The position numbers and the translations under genes were made by a program. Shown piece after piece: positions 36,885 to 47,000 of a DNA stretch of 64,000 nt. Within the stretch, counting starts at the first letter, position 1. Every line of letters begins with the position of its first letter. This DNA comes from a bacterium (lineage in GTDB: Bacteria > Patescibacteriota > Minisyncoccia > Phycocordibacterales > JBBTRF01). Under the pieces are notes generated by a model. That model made no database searches. It saw nothing but the letters and a program-made list of their open reading frames with translations, and was not told the origin of the DNA. The stretch is from assembly GCA_037130265.1 (NCBI GenBank), contig JBAXTI010000002.1, positions 26,870-90,869 of the forward strand, given 5' to 3'.

Positions 36885-37922
36885 ATGGCCTTTATAGACG
36901 ACATTGTTATTCATTTGAAGGCCGGCAACGGCGGTCACGGCGTGGTCCGTTGGCGTGCAGAAAAGGGCAAGCCAAAGGCGGGTGCCGCAGGCGGAAACGG
37001 TGGCCACGGGGGCTCGGTTTTTCTGCATGCGATCCGTGATATCGGTGTGTTGGTACGCTATGCCACCGAGAAGAAATTTAGCTCGGAAGATGGCCTTTCT
37101 GGCATGAAGAAGAGTATGGATGGTCGCGGCGGCAAGGATTTACATCTCGATATCCCGCTCGGCTCGATTGTCACCAACATGACGACTGGCGATGTCTATC
37201 AATTTTTGAAAGATGGCGAAGACATCTGTGTGCTTGATGGTGGTCGCGGTGGTCTCGGTAATGAATATTTCAAATCATCGACCAACGTCACCCCACTTCA
37301 GCAGACCGATGGTAAAAAGGGGCAGGAGGCGGATTTTCATATCGAATTGCAGCTTATCGTAGACGCGGGTTTTGCGGGCTTTCCCAATGCCGGCAAATCC
37401 AGCCTTTTGAACGCGCTCACGAATGCTCGCGCGAAGGTGGCGAGCTATCAATTTACCACACTCGAACCAAACCTCGGCGACTTTTACGGTTTCATTCTCG
37501 CGGATATTCCAGGACTCATCGAAGGTGCGTCGGCTGGCAAAGGTCTCGGTCATAAATTTTTGCGACACATCGCCCGCACCAAACTCGTATTTCATTGCAT
37601 TTCTCTCGAGAATGAAGACATCATGCAGGCGTACAAGACGATTCGTGGTGAGCTCGAGGCATACAGTCCTGAATTGGCTGAGAAAAAAGAGCTCATTATT
37701 CTCACAAAGACCGACGTGCTCACTCCCGAGCAGGTAGAGACTGCTGTGAAGAAGATGAAGAAGCTCAAGAAAGATGTGCTCACTGTTACCATTGCAGATG
37801 ATGCTTCAGTAAAGGCGTTTGCCGATAAGCTCGTTGCGATTTTGCGAGCAGAAGAGAAGGCTTTTGCGGTGGCGGCGGAAAAAGCGGCTCTCGAAAATGA
37901 AGGCGAGTTCAAGAAAGACTAA
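36885..37922 (+). CDS. obg: GTPase Obg/CgtA
   Basis: The Obg fold N-terminus 'FIDDIVIHLKAGNGGHGVV...GGNGGHGG' is present. G1 is 'GFPNAGKSSLL' and G3 is 'DIPGLIEGA'. Confidence 0.9.
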   Translation: MAFIDDIVIHLKAGNGGHGVVRWRAEKGKPKAGAAGGNGGHGGSVFLHAIRDIGVLVRYATEKKFSSEDGLSGMKKSMDGRGGKDLHLDIPLGSIVTNMTTGDVYQFLKDGEDICVLDGGRGGLGNEYFKSSTNVTPLQQTDGKKGQEADFHIELQLIVDAGFAGFPNAGKSSLLNALTNARAKVASYQFTTLEPNLGDFYGFILADIPGLIEGASAGKGLGHKFLRHIARTKLVFHCISLENEDIMQAYKTIRGELEAYSPELAEKKELIILTKTDVLTPEQVETAVKKMKKLKKDVLTVTIADDASVKAFADKLVAILRAEEKAFAVAAEKAALENEGEFKKD

Positions 37923-37992
37923 AGAAAAGATCAAGGAGAGATAGAGAAATGTGAGAGGGGCAAAATTATCAGAGATATGAGAGAATAGCGGT

Positions 37993-39474
37993 ATGACGAA
38001 GTATATCCCTACAATCGGATTGGAGATTCATGCGGAGCTCGCGACGCGGACGAAAATGTTCTGCGCCTGCACGAACAATACCGACGAGAAATCGCCCAAC
38101 ACTAATGTCTGTCCAGTCTGCATGGGACACCCAGGCACCCTACCGGTGATCAATAAGCAGGCAGTGAAGCTCGTGCTCAAAATGGGGGCGGCTGCCGGTG
38201 GCAAGCTCGCAGATTTCACAGAATTTGATCGAAAGAATTATTTTTATCCGGATATCCCGAAGGGGTACCAAATCAGCCAATACAAATATCCGCTCGTGCA
38301 AGGTGGGGAGATTGGTGGTGTTGCGCTCACACGCATTCATCTCGAGGAAGATACTGCAAAATCAACACACGACGCTGGTCTGGATAGTCTGGTGGATTTC
38401 AATCGCGCAGGGTTGCCGCTCATGGAATTGGTGACTGAGCCAGTGATTCACGACGCGCAGACCGCTTCTCGTTTTGCGAAAGAATTGCAGCTCCTCCTCC
38501 AGAGCCTCGGCGCGGGCGAAGCTAACATGGAAAAGGGTGAGATGCGTGTAGAAGCAAACATTTCGATCGCTCCCGAAGGTGCGACGACGTTCGGTACGAA
38601 GGTGGAGGTGAAAAATCTCAATTCGTTCCGTGCGGTGGAGCGAGCGATTGCATACGAAATCGCCCGACATACGAAGATTCTCGATGCTGCCGAACATGCG
38701 AAAGGCGCGGGCAGTGCAGTTCCGACAGAAAAGATCGTTCAGGAAACTCGTGGCTGGGACGAAAAAACGCAGTCGACTTTTTCTCAGCGTGCCAAGGAAG
38801 ATTCGCATGACTATCGATACTTTCCTGACCCTGATCTGCCGAAGCTCTATATCAGCGAGATCCCAGAATTTTCTCTCGCAACTCTGACGGCCGAATTGCC
38901 AGAGCTTCCGTGGCAGAAACGTGAGCGATACCAGAAGACATATGGACTTACACCAAAAGAAGCCGAAGTGCTGGTCGGTAGTCCAGAAATCGGCTCGTAC
39001 TTTGAGTCAATTTTGAAGGGGTTACCTACCGCCGATTCAAAAAGCGTGAAGCTTGCGGCGAATTACCTCCTCTCAGATTACGTAGGATTACTCAAGTCGG
39101 TCGCCGTAGGGGGCGAGATTTCTGCTGAAATGCTTGCAAAGATTCCGGCAGTAGCTTTTTCAGAATTGATCCAAATGATCGCTGGCGGGAAGCTTTCGTC
39201 TCGGGCTGCAAAAGATATTATTGCGATCATGTACAAAGAGGGTGGTACGCCGCAAAAAATCGCCGATTCTCTAGGACTCATCCAGAAAAGTGATGAGGGT
39301 GAGCTCAAGAAAATCATGGCGGATATTATTGCGCAGAATGCAAAAGTGGTGGCGGATTATCGTGCTGGCAAGGCGGCAGCGCTGCAGTCGTTCATCGGAC
39401 AAGGTATGAAGGCAACAAAAGGCGGCGCGAACCCGGAAATTCTCAAAAAAATCGCTCTCGAGCTACTCGCATAA
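37993..39474 (+). CDS. gatB: Asp-tRNA(Asn)/Glu-tRNA(Gln) amidotransferase subunit B
   Basis: 'IGLEIHAEL', 'MFCAC', 'NTNVCPVCMGHPGTLP' and 'FDRKNYFYPDIPKGYQISQ' are present. Confidence 0.9.
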   Translation: MTKYIPTIGLEIHAELATRTKMFCACTNNTDEKSPNTNVCPVCMGHPGTLPVINKQAVKLVLKMGAAAGGKLADFTEFDRKNYFYPDIPKGYQISQYKYPLVQGGEIGGVALTRIHLEEDTAKSTHDAGLDSLVDFNRAGLPLMELVTEPVIHDAQTASRFAKELQLLLQSLGAGEANMEKGEMRVEANISIAPEGATTFGTKVEVKNLNSFRAVERAIAYEIARHTKILDAAEHAKGAGSAVPTEKIVQETRGWDEKTQSTFSQRAKEDSHDYRYFPDPDLPKLYISEIPEFSLATLTAELPELPWQKRERYQKTYGLTPKEAEVLVGSPEIGSYFESILKGLPTADSKSVKLAANYLLSDYVGLLKSVAVGGEISAEMLAKIPAVAFSELIQMIAGGKLSSRAAKDIIAIMYKEGGTPQKIADSLGLIQKSDEGELKKIMADIIAQNAKVVADYRAGKAAALQSFIGQGMKATKGGANPEILKKIALELLA

Positions 39475-39582
39475 GTAATTCCTTCGAGTTGTCCACACTT
39501 TTGGTGAAAAAAAGCTGGGGGTAAGGAATGATTTTTGTAGTATACTATGTGTATTCGGTCCTTCCGTAATATATACATAATA

Positions 39583-40032
39583 ATGATGAGCAAAATTGGA
39601 AATGTTGCGGCGGTCGGTCTCCTGGTAGCTGCGGGGTACTCTCTTTCGCTGGGAAGTGAAGGGCGGGCACAATTGGCGGCCGCTTCGATGGTCGTCGTTG
39701 ATTCTGGTTCATCAATATTGGCCAGCGCTCGAGATTTTACCGGAGAGTTTTCTGAAGCCGTCCAGCACCTTTCTTTTGCGAATGTGTATGCGATAGTTGG
39801 CGAGCTCTCTGGAATAGCTTCTCCAGATAAGCAAACGTCTGAGGGGTTGGTTGTTGCCGAAAAAACAGATGGGCTCGCGGATGCAAATCAGGAGGAGAAG
39901 ATACGGAGTTCTTTTTCTGACAAAGTGATCATTCATCAGGATGCTTCAAAAAAATCCGGGACGATTACGCCGGTGTTCAGAGGCGAAGAGGGTGATAAGT
40001 ATATGTACGTGATGGTTCCAGTAAAGAAATAA
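39583..40032 (+). CDS. hypothetical small membrane-anchored/secreted protein
   Basis: It has an N-terminal hydrophobic helix (MMSKIGNVAAVGLLVAAGYSL) and no recognisable motif. It is the first gene of a co-directional surface-protein array. Confidence 0.4.
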   Translation: MMSKIGNVAAVGLLVAAGYSLSLGSEGRAQLAAASMVVVDSGSSILASARDFTGEFSEAVQHLSFANVYAIVGELSGIASPDKQTSEGLVVAEKTDGLADANQEEKIRSSFSDKVIIHQDASKKSGTITPVFRGEEGDKYMYVMVPVKK

Positions 40033-40046
40033 ACTAAATAAACAAA

Positions 40047-40721
40047 ATGAACATTCAGGTGAAAAACAACATTGGCCAATCAGTCGCCCTTTCCTTGGTG
40101 GTCAGTCTCGTCATGTTTGCTTTTTTCCCGATTTTTGAGCCGGGATTCGCGGTCGCGGCTACGGCTGCGGATAACGTCGTTGTTACATTAAACGTCAGTG
40201 CCGGTATTTCGATCACTTCACCAACTGACGCCACGATGAGTAATACGATCGGCGTGTCGGTAAACAAAGCGATTGCCACCACCACGTGGAACGTGAAGAC
40301 TAATAACGTCGCCGGCTACACACTTGCCTTGAAATCTGCGACTTCTTCTACCCCGGCAATGAAGCAGGATACTGACAACACAAAAGTGATTGCGGACAAT
40401 ACCACAGGTGCCGTCACTCCAGCCTTGTGGGGTACGATGGGGGCGAGTACCGCTGAGTTTGGTTACAGTGGATACGGCACCGATGTGTCGTCGGGGACGT
40501 ACGGATCGGATACTAGCTGTGGTGCGACAAGCACTCCCTCGACGGCACTCAAGTACACTTCTTTGAGAGTCACCGACCGGACGCTTTCTTCTCGTTCGTC
40601 GACCACCACCCAGGCAGGGGTCGATACCGTCGTGTGCTACGCCGTGGAGCAGGGTAGTAACTTCTACATCGCCTCTGGAACCTACACAGCCACCCTTACG
40701 GCCACTGCTACAACTCAGTAA
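40047..40721 (+). CDS. secreted WxL-domain-like surface protein (paralog A)
   Basis: It has a Sec signal peptide with AxA site. 'TWNVKTNNVAGYTLALKSA' resembles the proximal WxL block (aGWxLtVsas) with W replaced by Y. The C-terminus 'SGTYTATLTATATTQ' resembles the distal 'GTYxgtLTWTLxD' block with W replaced by A. It is paralogous to the ORF at 41746-42501. Confidence 0.5.
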   Translation: MNIQVKNNIGQSVALSLVVSLVMFAFFPIFEPGFAVAATAADNVVVTLNVSAGISITSPTDATMSNTIGVSVNKAIATTTWNVKTNNVAGYTLALKSATSSTPAMKQDTDNTKVIADNTTGAVTPALWGTMGASTAEFGYSGYGTDVSSGTYGSDTSCGATSTPSTALKYTSLRVTDRTLSSRSSTTTQAGVDTVVCYAVEQGSNFYIASGTYTATLTATATTQ

Positions 40722-40745
40722 TAACTAGGTGTATAATACGAGTAT

Positions 40746-41735
40746 ATGAAACCCATATTTTCGCCATCTTTCCTCATACTCATCAGTGCATTTTCCATCG
40801 GCTCAATTGCGTTGCCATTTTCTTTTGCGGCAGCAGCGAATTCGGATTTTCAAATCAGTCCGGTGAATGTGGAGTCAGTAGGGGACTTTGTTCTTGAGCC
40901 AGGAAAGATTGATCTATATCTTGAGCCGGGAGAGACTGTCACGCGGACGATTTTTGTGACGAATCGTAATCCACGAAAAGTGGCATTTAAGATTGAGACA
41001 GAAGATATCGAAGGAAACAATGATCCAATAAACCCAGTCACCCTCCTTGGTAGTAAGGTGGGACCATATCCGTTCAAGGACGCTCTCCGTACGCCTAGTG
41101 ATCGATTTACTCTGGATTTTGGAGAGAAGGTTGCTATCCCGATCCAAATCAAGATCCCGCAAAATGCCTCGCCGGGTGGACACTACGCCGCGGTGATTAT
41201 TTCTAACGAACCGGACAAGGCAGAGAAAAATGTCGGCGGTGCTCGAGTAATCTCACGTCTCGGTGCTCTGTTTTTTGTGAGAGTAAAGGGTGAAATAAAA
41301 GAAGAGGGTCAGCTGAAAGAGATCCGCATTGCTGGTCCGTCGCATTGGTTTTACGAAAAAGGGCCATTCACTTTTGAAACGCTATTTGAAAATACCGGTA
41401 CGGTGCATCTCGTGCCGTATGGACAGATTCGATTGAAAAACATTTTCGGTGAAACAGTTGGTAGTGTCCCCGTAGACGGATACTTCTCTCTCCCTGGTTC
41501 TCTGAGGTACCGACAGGTGGCGTGGTCGTCTGGTTTTCTACTCGGCAGATATACAGCTACTGCAGAAATGTATCGAGGGTACAAAAACTCGAACGACATC
41601 AGCGATACAAGAACTGTTTCTTTTTGGGTGATACCAAAAATGCTGTTGCTTGAAATATTTGTAGTGATATTGCTGATTGTTCTTGCGATTCGCTACGTTT
41701 CGACTCACTTCGAATTCCGAAAGCGCGAAGTATAA
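40746..41735 (+). CDS. DUF916/DUF3324-like cell-surface protein with signal peptide and C-terminal TM anchor plus basic tail
   Basis: It has a signal peptide, a ~270-aa beta-rich ectodomain, a C-terminal helix 'LLLEIFVVILLIVLAI' and the tail 'RYVSTHFEFRKREV'. The architecture and the position between two WxL-like genes match CscA-type proteins. This is a sequence-level inference only. Confidence 0.5.
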   Translation: MKPIFSPSFLILISAFSIGSIALPFSFAAAANSDFQISPVNVESVGDFVLEPGKIDLYLEPGETVTRTIFVTNRNPRKVAFKIETEDIEGNNDPINPVTLLGSKVGPYPFKDALRTPSDRFTLDFGEKVAIPIQIKIPQNASPGGHYAAVIISNEPDKAEKNVGGARVISRLGALFFVRVKGEIKEEGQLKEIRIAGPSHWFYEKGPFTFETLFENTGTVHLVPYGQIRLKNIFGETVGSVPVDGYFSLPGSLRYRQVAWSSGFLLGRYTATAEMYRGYKNSNDISDTRTVSFWVIPKMLLLEIFVVILLIVLAIRYVSTHFEFRKREV

Positions 41736-41745
41736 TAAGGCTTTT

Positions 41746-42501
41746 ATGAGAACTCTGCTCCTTTCGATTCTGAGCCTTTGCGTCATCTCAGTCGCGTTTC
41801 CGCTCACTGTTTTTTCTGCAGTGATGAGTAGTGGAAGCTATCAGATCCAGCTCGACTCAGTGAATGTCGGAGGTCTCGATTCCGCAAGTGCAAGTTATGC
41901 GAGTCAAGATACGTTGGGTGAAACGGGGAGTGGTGGCTCTGCAAGTGCCTCCTACAATCTGAATGCTGGGTATCAGCAGATGGAACCTTCCAGCATCTCA
42001 ATCACTAGTCCGTCGGGTGCTACGATGGGGGCCGTGAGTGGATTTTCCGGTGGGACAAGTAATGGTTCCACTACATGGACAGTCATCACGGATAATTCTG
42101 CCGGATATTCGCTTTCAGTGAGGGCGTCGAGTGCTCCGGCGATGCTGGGTCAATTGAACGGCAGTTTTATTGCGAATTATGTGCCAGCCACTTCTGATCC
42201 AGATTATACTTTCGGTGTTGGTTCCGCGAGTTCGGTTTTCGCGTATACACCAGAAGGGAATCATGTGGTGCAGCGATACAAAGATAATGGCGCCGCGTGC
42301 AATGTGGGGAGCGGAACGACGGCGGATGCTTGTTGGGATGGCTTCTCGACATCAAACGTGCAAGTGTCGGGTAGTGCCAGTGCAAACATGCCGTCAGGCA
42401 CAGATACGACACTAAAATATCGTGTCGGTATCGGCGCTTCAAAATTCCAAGACTCCGGTACCTATGAGGCGACTATCATCGTGACAGCAACGACGTTATA
42501 A
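41746..42501 (+). CDS. secreted WxL-domain-like surface protein (paralog B)
   Basis: A signal peptide is present. It carries 'TWTVITDNSAGYSLSVRASS' and C-terminal 'SGTYEATIIVTATTL'. TATAAT at 41731-41736 lies 9 nt upstream of the ATG. Confidence 0.5.
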   Translation: MRTLLLSILSLCVISVAFPLTVFSAVMSSGSYQIQLDSVNVGGLDSASASYASQDTLGETGSGGSASASYNLNAGYQQMEPSSISITSPSGATMGAVSGFSGGTSNGSTTWTVITDNSAGYSLSVRASSAPAMLGQLNGSFIANYVPATSDPDYTFGVGSASSVFAYTPEGNHVVQRYKDNGAACNVGSGTTADACWDGFSTSNVQVSGSASANMPSGTDTTLKYRVGIGASKFQDSGTYEATIIVTATTL

Positions 42502-42508
42502 TACCAGC

Positions 42509-43951
42509 ATGCTCAGATTTGCTATTTGTGCCGCGTTCATATTTGCAACGCCACTCTCGCTTTTTGCGGCGACAGATTCTGATTCGGTGCAGATCCTTCT
42601 CAGTGTCAATAACATTGCTTCGACAAGCGCGACCACTACTCCACCGACAGATGGCGGGGGGCATTCGAACGCCGCTACTACAGGGAATGGTTCTCCTGTC
42701 GGACCAATTTCTCCGACTGGAAATACAAAGATTACCGTACCGATTTTTGATGGGAATGTGGTGGTTGTACCAGTGCAAAAAGAGCCCGGCACTCTGATAT
42801 TTCGATGGAAAACAACAGTCCCTGTGACGGGAACGCTAGAGTGGGGAGAAACTATTTTATATGAGATTGGGAGTAGGAACATTGCCAAAAATGTGGCTCA
42901 AAATAAGGCTAATTTTGAATACACATATCAGCAGACAGTAAAAACATTTCAACCTGGAGAGCGATATTTTTATCGTGTCAAGGTTACCGATGAAGACGGT
43001 AGGGTGTCCGGATATCAGGGGGTGTATGATGTGCCACTGTCACCGGCGATCGGTCCTCTAGAAAACGTGTCTGGTTTCTCGATTAAAAAAACAAAATATG
43101 ATTCTGAAAAACGCGAAGGTCGGGTGTTGCTGAAGTGGCAGAATCCAGATTCAGATACTTTTTCTGAAGTACGAGTGGTTCGCTCACCGTTTCATTTTCC
43201 GAAAGATGTACTCGATGGAAAGGTGGTGTACGAAGGAGGCGATGAAGCGGTGCTGGATGTGATACCTGCGCCCGCAGAGGATCAATATTACTATGCAGTA
43301 TTTGCAAAAACAAAAGACGGAAGATATTCTTCAGGCTCGATAGCAACATCTCGTCAGGTATTTGGGGGTACCGATACGTTCGAAAAAACAAGTCGCGTAA
43401 AGGACGGACTTGCACATTTTTCGCATCTCACTGCAAATAATTTTATGTTCATACGGCACGATGGGACGGATAGGGTGCCACTCTCAGCATTGTCTTTGGC
43501 ACCAGCGCAGGTGGAGGCGGGCGAAGTGGTCACCCTCTCCGCAGACTACGAATTGTTTCCCGAAGTGTTGAAGACGATATTGGTACATATTACGCCATCA
43601 AAATTCTCGTCAGCGATACTTCCTGATGCTGCTGGGCCGGCCAAAAATACCGAAAGTTTTTTGCTCAGTGTCAATGCCGACAGTAGTTCGTATGAAGCCA
43701 CGTTTTTCGTGCCAAGTGAAGGAGGTAGGTATGACATCGAGGTGCAAATTCTTGACTATCACAACGATATGTTGCAAAAAATCGTCACTCAAAACGCTTT
43801 TGAGGTAGAGGAATCTAAAACGAAGTTTGATGTTGCATTAAAAAACGCCAAGAGTCAATTTTTTGTAGATAAAAAACCCTTACTGTTAGCCATATTTTTA
43901 CTATTCATCCTCCTGACTCTTGCGCTTCGCAAAATAGTGAGTTTTTCTTAG
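42509..43951 (+). CDS. secreted fibronectin-III/Ig-like repeat protein with C-terminal transmembrane anchor
   Basis: It has a signal peptide and a Thr/Pro/Gly-rich linker. FN3-like segments include WKTTVPVTGTLEWGE...YFYRVKVTDEDG. The C-terminal helix is 'LLLAIFLLFILLTLAL' followed by RK. Confidence 0.5.
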   Translation: MLRFAICAAFIFATPLSLFAATDSDSVQILLSVNNIASTSATTTPPTDGGGHSNAATTGNGSPVGPISPTGNTKITVPIFDGNVVVVPVQKEPGTLIFRWKTTVPVTGTLEWGETILYEIGSRNIAKNVAQNKANFEYTYQQTVKTFQPGERYFYRVKVTDEDGRVSGYQGVYDVPLSPAIGPLENVSGFSIKKTKYDSEKREGRVLLKWQNPDSDTFSEVRVVRSPFHFPKDVLDGKVVYEGGDEAVLDVIPAPAEDQYYYAVFAKTKDGRYSSGSIATSRQVFGGTDTFEKTSRVKDGLAHFSHLTANNFMFIRHDGTDRVPLSALSLAPAQVEAGEVVTLSADYELFPEVLKTILVHITPSKFSSAILPDAAGPAKNTESFLLSVNADSSSYEATFFVPSEGGRYDIEVQILDYHNDMLQKIVTQNAFEVEESKTKFDVALKNAKSQFFVDKKPLLLAIFLLFILLTLALRKIVSFS

Positions 43952-44002
43952 AAAAAAGTCGATATAATCCACAGTCTGAATTGTCAAAATACTGCTAAAA
44001 TA

Positions 44003-44011
44003 AAGGCTAAT
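44003..44011 (+). promoter_or_regulatory. extended -10 element TGCTAAAAT upstream of the giant ORF
   Basis: Read directly. It lies 22 nt upstream of ATG 44034. The same TGnTA(T/A)AAT form recurs before the LamG and gap genes. Confidence 0.3.
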
Positions 44012-44033
44012 CGGACGGAAACGACGATTAGAA

Positions 44034-47000
44034 ATGAAGCGTGTTTTTCACACAATTTCTTCGAGCGTAAAAAAAGCCTTTCTGGTCTTTTTCCTACTCA
44101 ACTTTGTTTTCTCTCCAGTCTTCAACGATATCCTTCTCAGCTCGAATCTCGGCGCTCCTTTGGCGGCGAGTGTTGCAGAGGCAGCTTTCAATCAGCAGAT
44201 CAACTACCAGGGCAAGCTCACCGACACATCCAACGTGGCTGTGTCAAATGGTTCGTACAACATCGAATTCAAGTTGTACACCTCGCTCACCGGCGGCACT
44301 GCGATCTGGACCGAGACTTGGTGTAAGGGAACTTCGTGTTCCGGTACTGGCACTGACAGCCGTGTCACTGTTTCAAACGGCTTGTTCAGTACGATGCTCG
44401 GCAGCACGACGGCTTTGACTGGTGTAGATTTCAATCAGCCATTGTATCTCGGTGTAAATATCGGTGGATCGGCAAGTACCCCAACTTGGGATGGTGAAAT
44501 GACCCCGCGAAAAATTCTCGGTGCAGTCCCGGCTGCATTCGAAGCGAAGCGACTCAACGGTTTGAACGACACACAGTTCTTGCGAACCGATACCACCAAT
44601 GCAACCTCGACCGCATCGACGTTCATCACTCTCACGCAGTCTGGTGCTGGAAATATTTTGAATCTCGTCGGACAAGGTTCCGCGAGTGTCTTCACCGCAC
44701 TCTCAAGCGGCAACGTCGGCATCGGCACCACCTCCCCTGGCCAGAAGCTTTCAGTCGCCGGAGATATTTTGGGAAACAACATTATCGGTAGTTATTTTAC
44801 GGCGACAACTTCAACTGCCACTTCGACTTTTAAAGGCTTGAGCGCAACTGCTATTGCTGCCAACAAATACATTACCTCCGACGGTACATTCCAATTCACC
44901 TCACCATACGCGGGGACACTCAATGTCACTACTCAACAGATTGGTCAAAACGCAATACTCAGCGCGACATCGCAGACGGGTAAGATTTTCAGCTTCGTCT
45001 CCAACGATACTTTGGCAACCATTAGTACTCAACCCGGTGTGCCGCTCGTGTTGAATACTGCGGGCAGTGAGAGGATTCGAATCGGTACCGCTGGTCTTGT
45101 CGGTATCGGAACTACAACCCCATGGAGGACCCTTTCCGTCAACGGCTCATCAGACCTCGGCACCAACGCTCTTGCTGGATACTTCACCGCCACCTCATCA
45201 ACCGCCTCCGTCTTCCCATACGCCTCCACCACCGCACTCACGGTATCTGGTACCAATGGTCTCCAGCTCGCATCAGCATTGAACGGTCCTCTTCAGGCAA
45301 ATGGGGGACTTGTCTCTGCCACCACCTCAGTCGGCGTTTTGTACGGTGGCACCGGCCTCACCTCTGCGCCTTCATACGGTCAGCTTCTCATGGGCAATGC
45401 CTCAAATGGATACACTTTGTCTGCCACCTCTTCTCTCGGCCTTCTCGGTTCATCGACGGTCTCGTCACTCACCTCAAGCTATGTGCCAAAGTGGGGAGGT
45501 TCAGCGTTTTCAAATAGCAATCTGTATGATGATGGGACAAATATCGGTATTGGAACCACGACCGGACTGTCGAAACTTACCGTAAACGGCATCGCACGGT
45601 TTAACAGCAATCAGGATCCAGGCGATTATTTCTACACCAATGGGATTTCAAGTGATGGTCGTATTGAATTCCGTTCTGCTGATAATGGCAACGGCGGAAA
45701 TCAGCGAATATTTATGTCTTCTGGGTACAGTACTGGTTGTGTCGGATTTGGAAATAGTGCCGATAGCGCTTCCAATAACTCTTTGAGTTGTGGAGGTAGT
45801 ACGGGCAACTCCATCGTCGCGACTCCAGGTGCACTTTCGATGGTTTCGGTGAATATTGGAGGTATTCCTGGTGTTGGAACAACTAAGGGTTTAAACATCG
45901 CTACTCCATATAGTGCAAGTGGCATCTCAACTAGCTCAAATAGTATGGTCGACATTAGTACTTTTTCAGTCATTGCAAACGCCGCAACAGGTCAACGTCC
46001 GGGTATTCATTTTACAGCGCTTCAGTACGCTTTTGGTGTCGGTGATACGTACGCAGGTGCCGGTGATGGTTACAGTACTCGGGCAATGACGATCGCAAGT
46101 AGTACTGAGATTGGTATCGGTACCAGTACTCCATACGCAAAGCTCTCACTTCTCGGCACTTCTGCGACAATGTCGACCTTTGCGCTTGTGCCAAAGGCTT
46201 CTCAGACCGCGAATATTTTGGATATTTACAACACCGCCTCGACTCCTGTCCTTACCTCGGTGATTACTGCCGCAGGCAAGTGGGGTATCGGCACTACTTC
46301 TCCAGGACAGATGTTGTCTGTCGGCGGAGATATCTTGGGTAATGTCCACATCGGTACATACTTCACTGCAACCTCCACTGCCGTGGCTTCTACCTTCCCA
46401 TACGCCTCAACCACTGCACTCTCAGTCTCTGGAGCTTCATACTTCACTGGCCTTTCAACCTTCGCCAACCTCCTCGCAACCGGCTCCTCAACTCTCCAAA
46501 ACCTCACTTTCATCAACGCCACTGGTACCAACGCGACGACAACGAACTTCTTCGCGACCACCGCTTCATCGACAAATCTCTTTGCTTCAAATCTTGCGGT
46601 GGGAGGAAACGTGCTGACAACAAGTGGGGGAAATGTCGGCATCGGGACGGCGAGTCCAAATGCTAAATTACACGTATCTGCTCCTTTAGATGATTTAGCT
46701 CCTCCCGCTCTCGGCACAATTAGTGCAAACACATCGGCATATTTCACAAATCAAAATCCACTCTACGGTTTGATGGTTGGAAGTTTGACAGGTGGCCCTA
46801 CTTATTTGCAAGTACAAAGAACAGATAGTGCCACAGCGTATAGTTTATTGTTGAATCCAAACGCAGGCAACGTCGGCATCGGCACCACTTCTCCAGCCAC
46901 CACTTTGTCTGTTGCCGGCTCTGGATACTTCACTACTGGTATTGGTGCGGGTGTACTCAATACCACCACAGGTACTATCAAGGCAAGCGTGAGCTATGAC

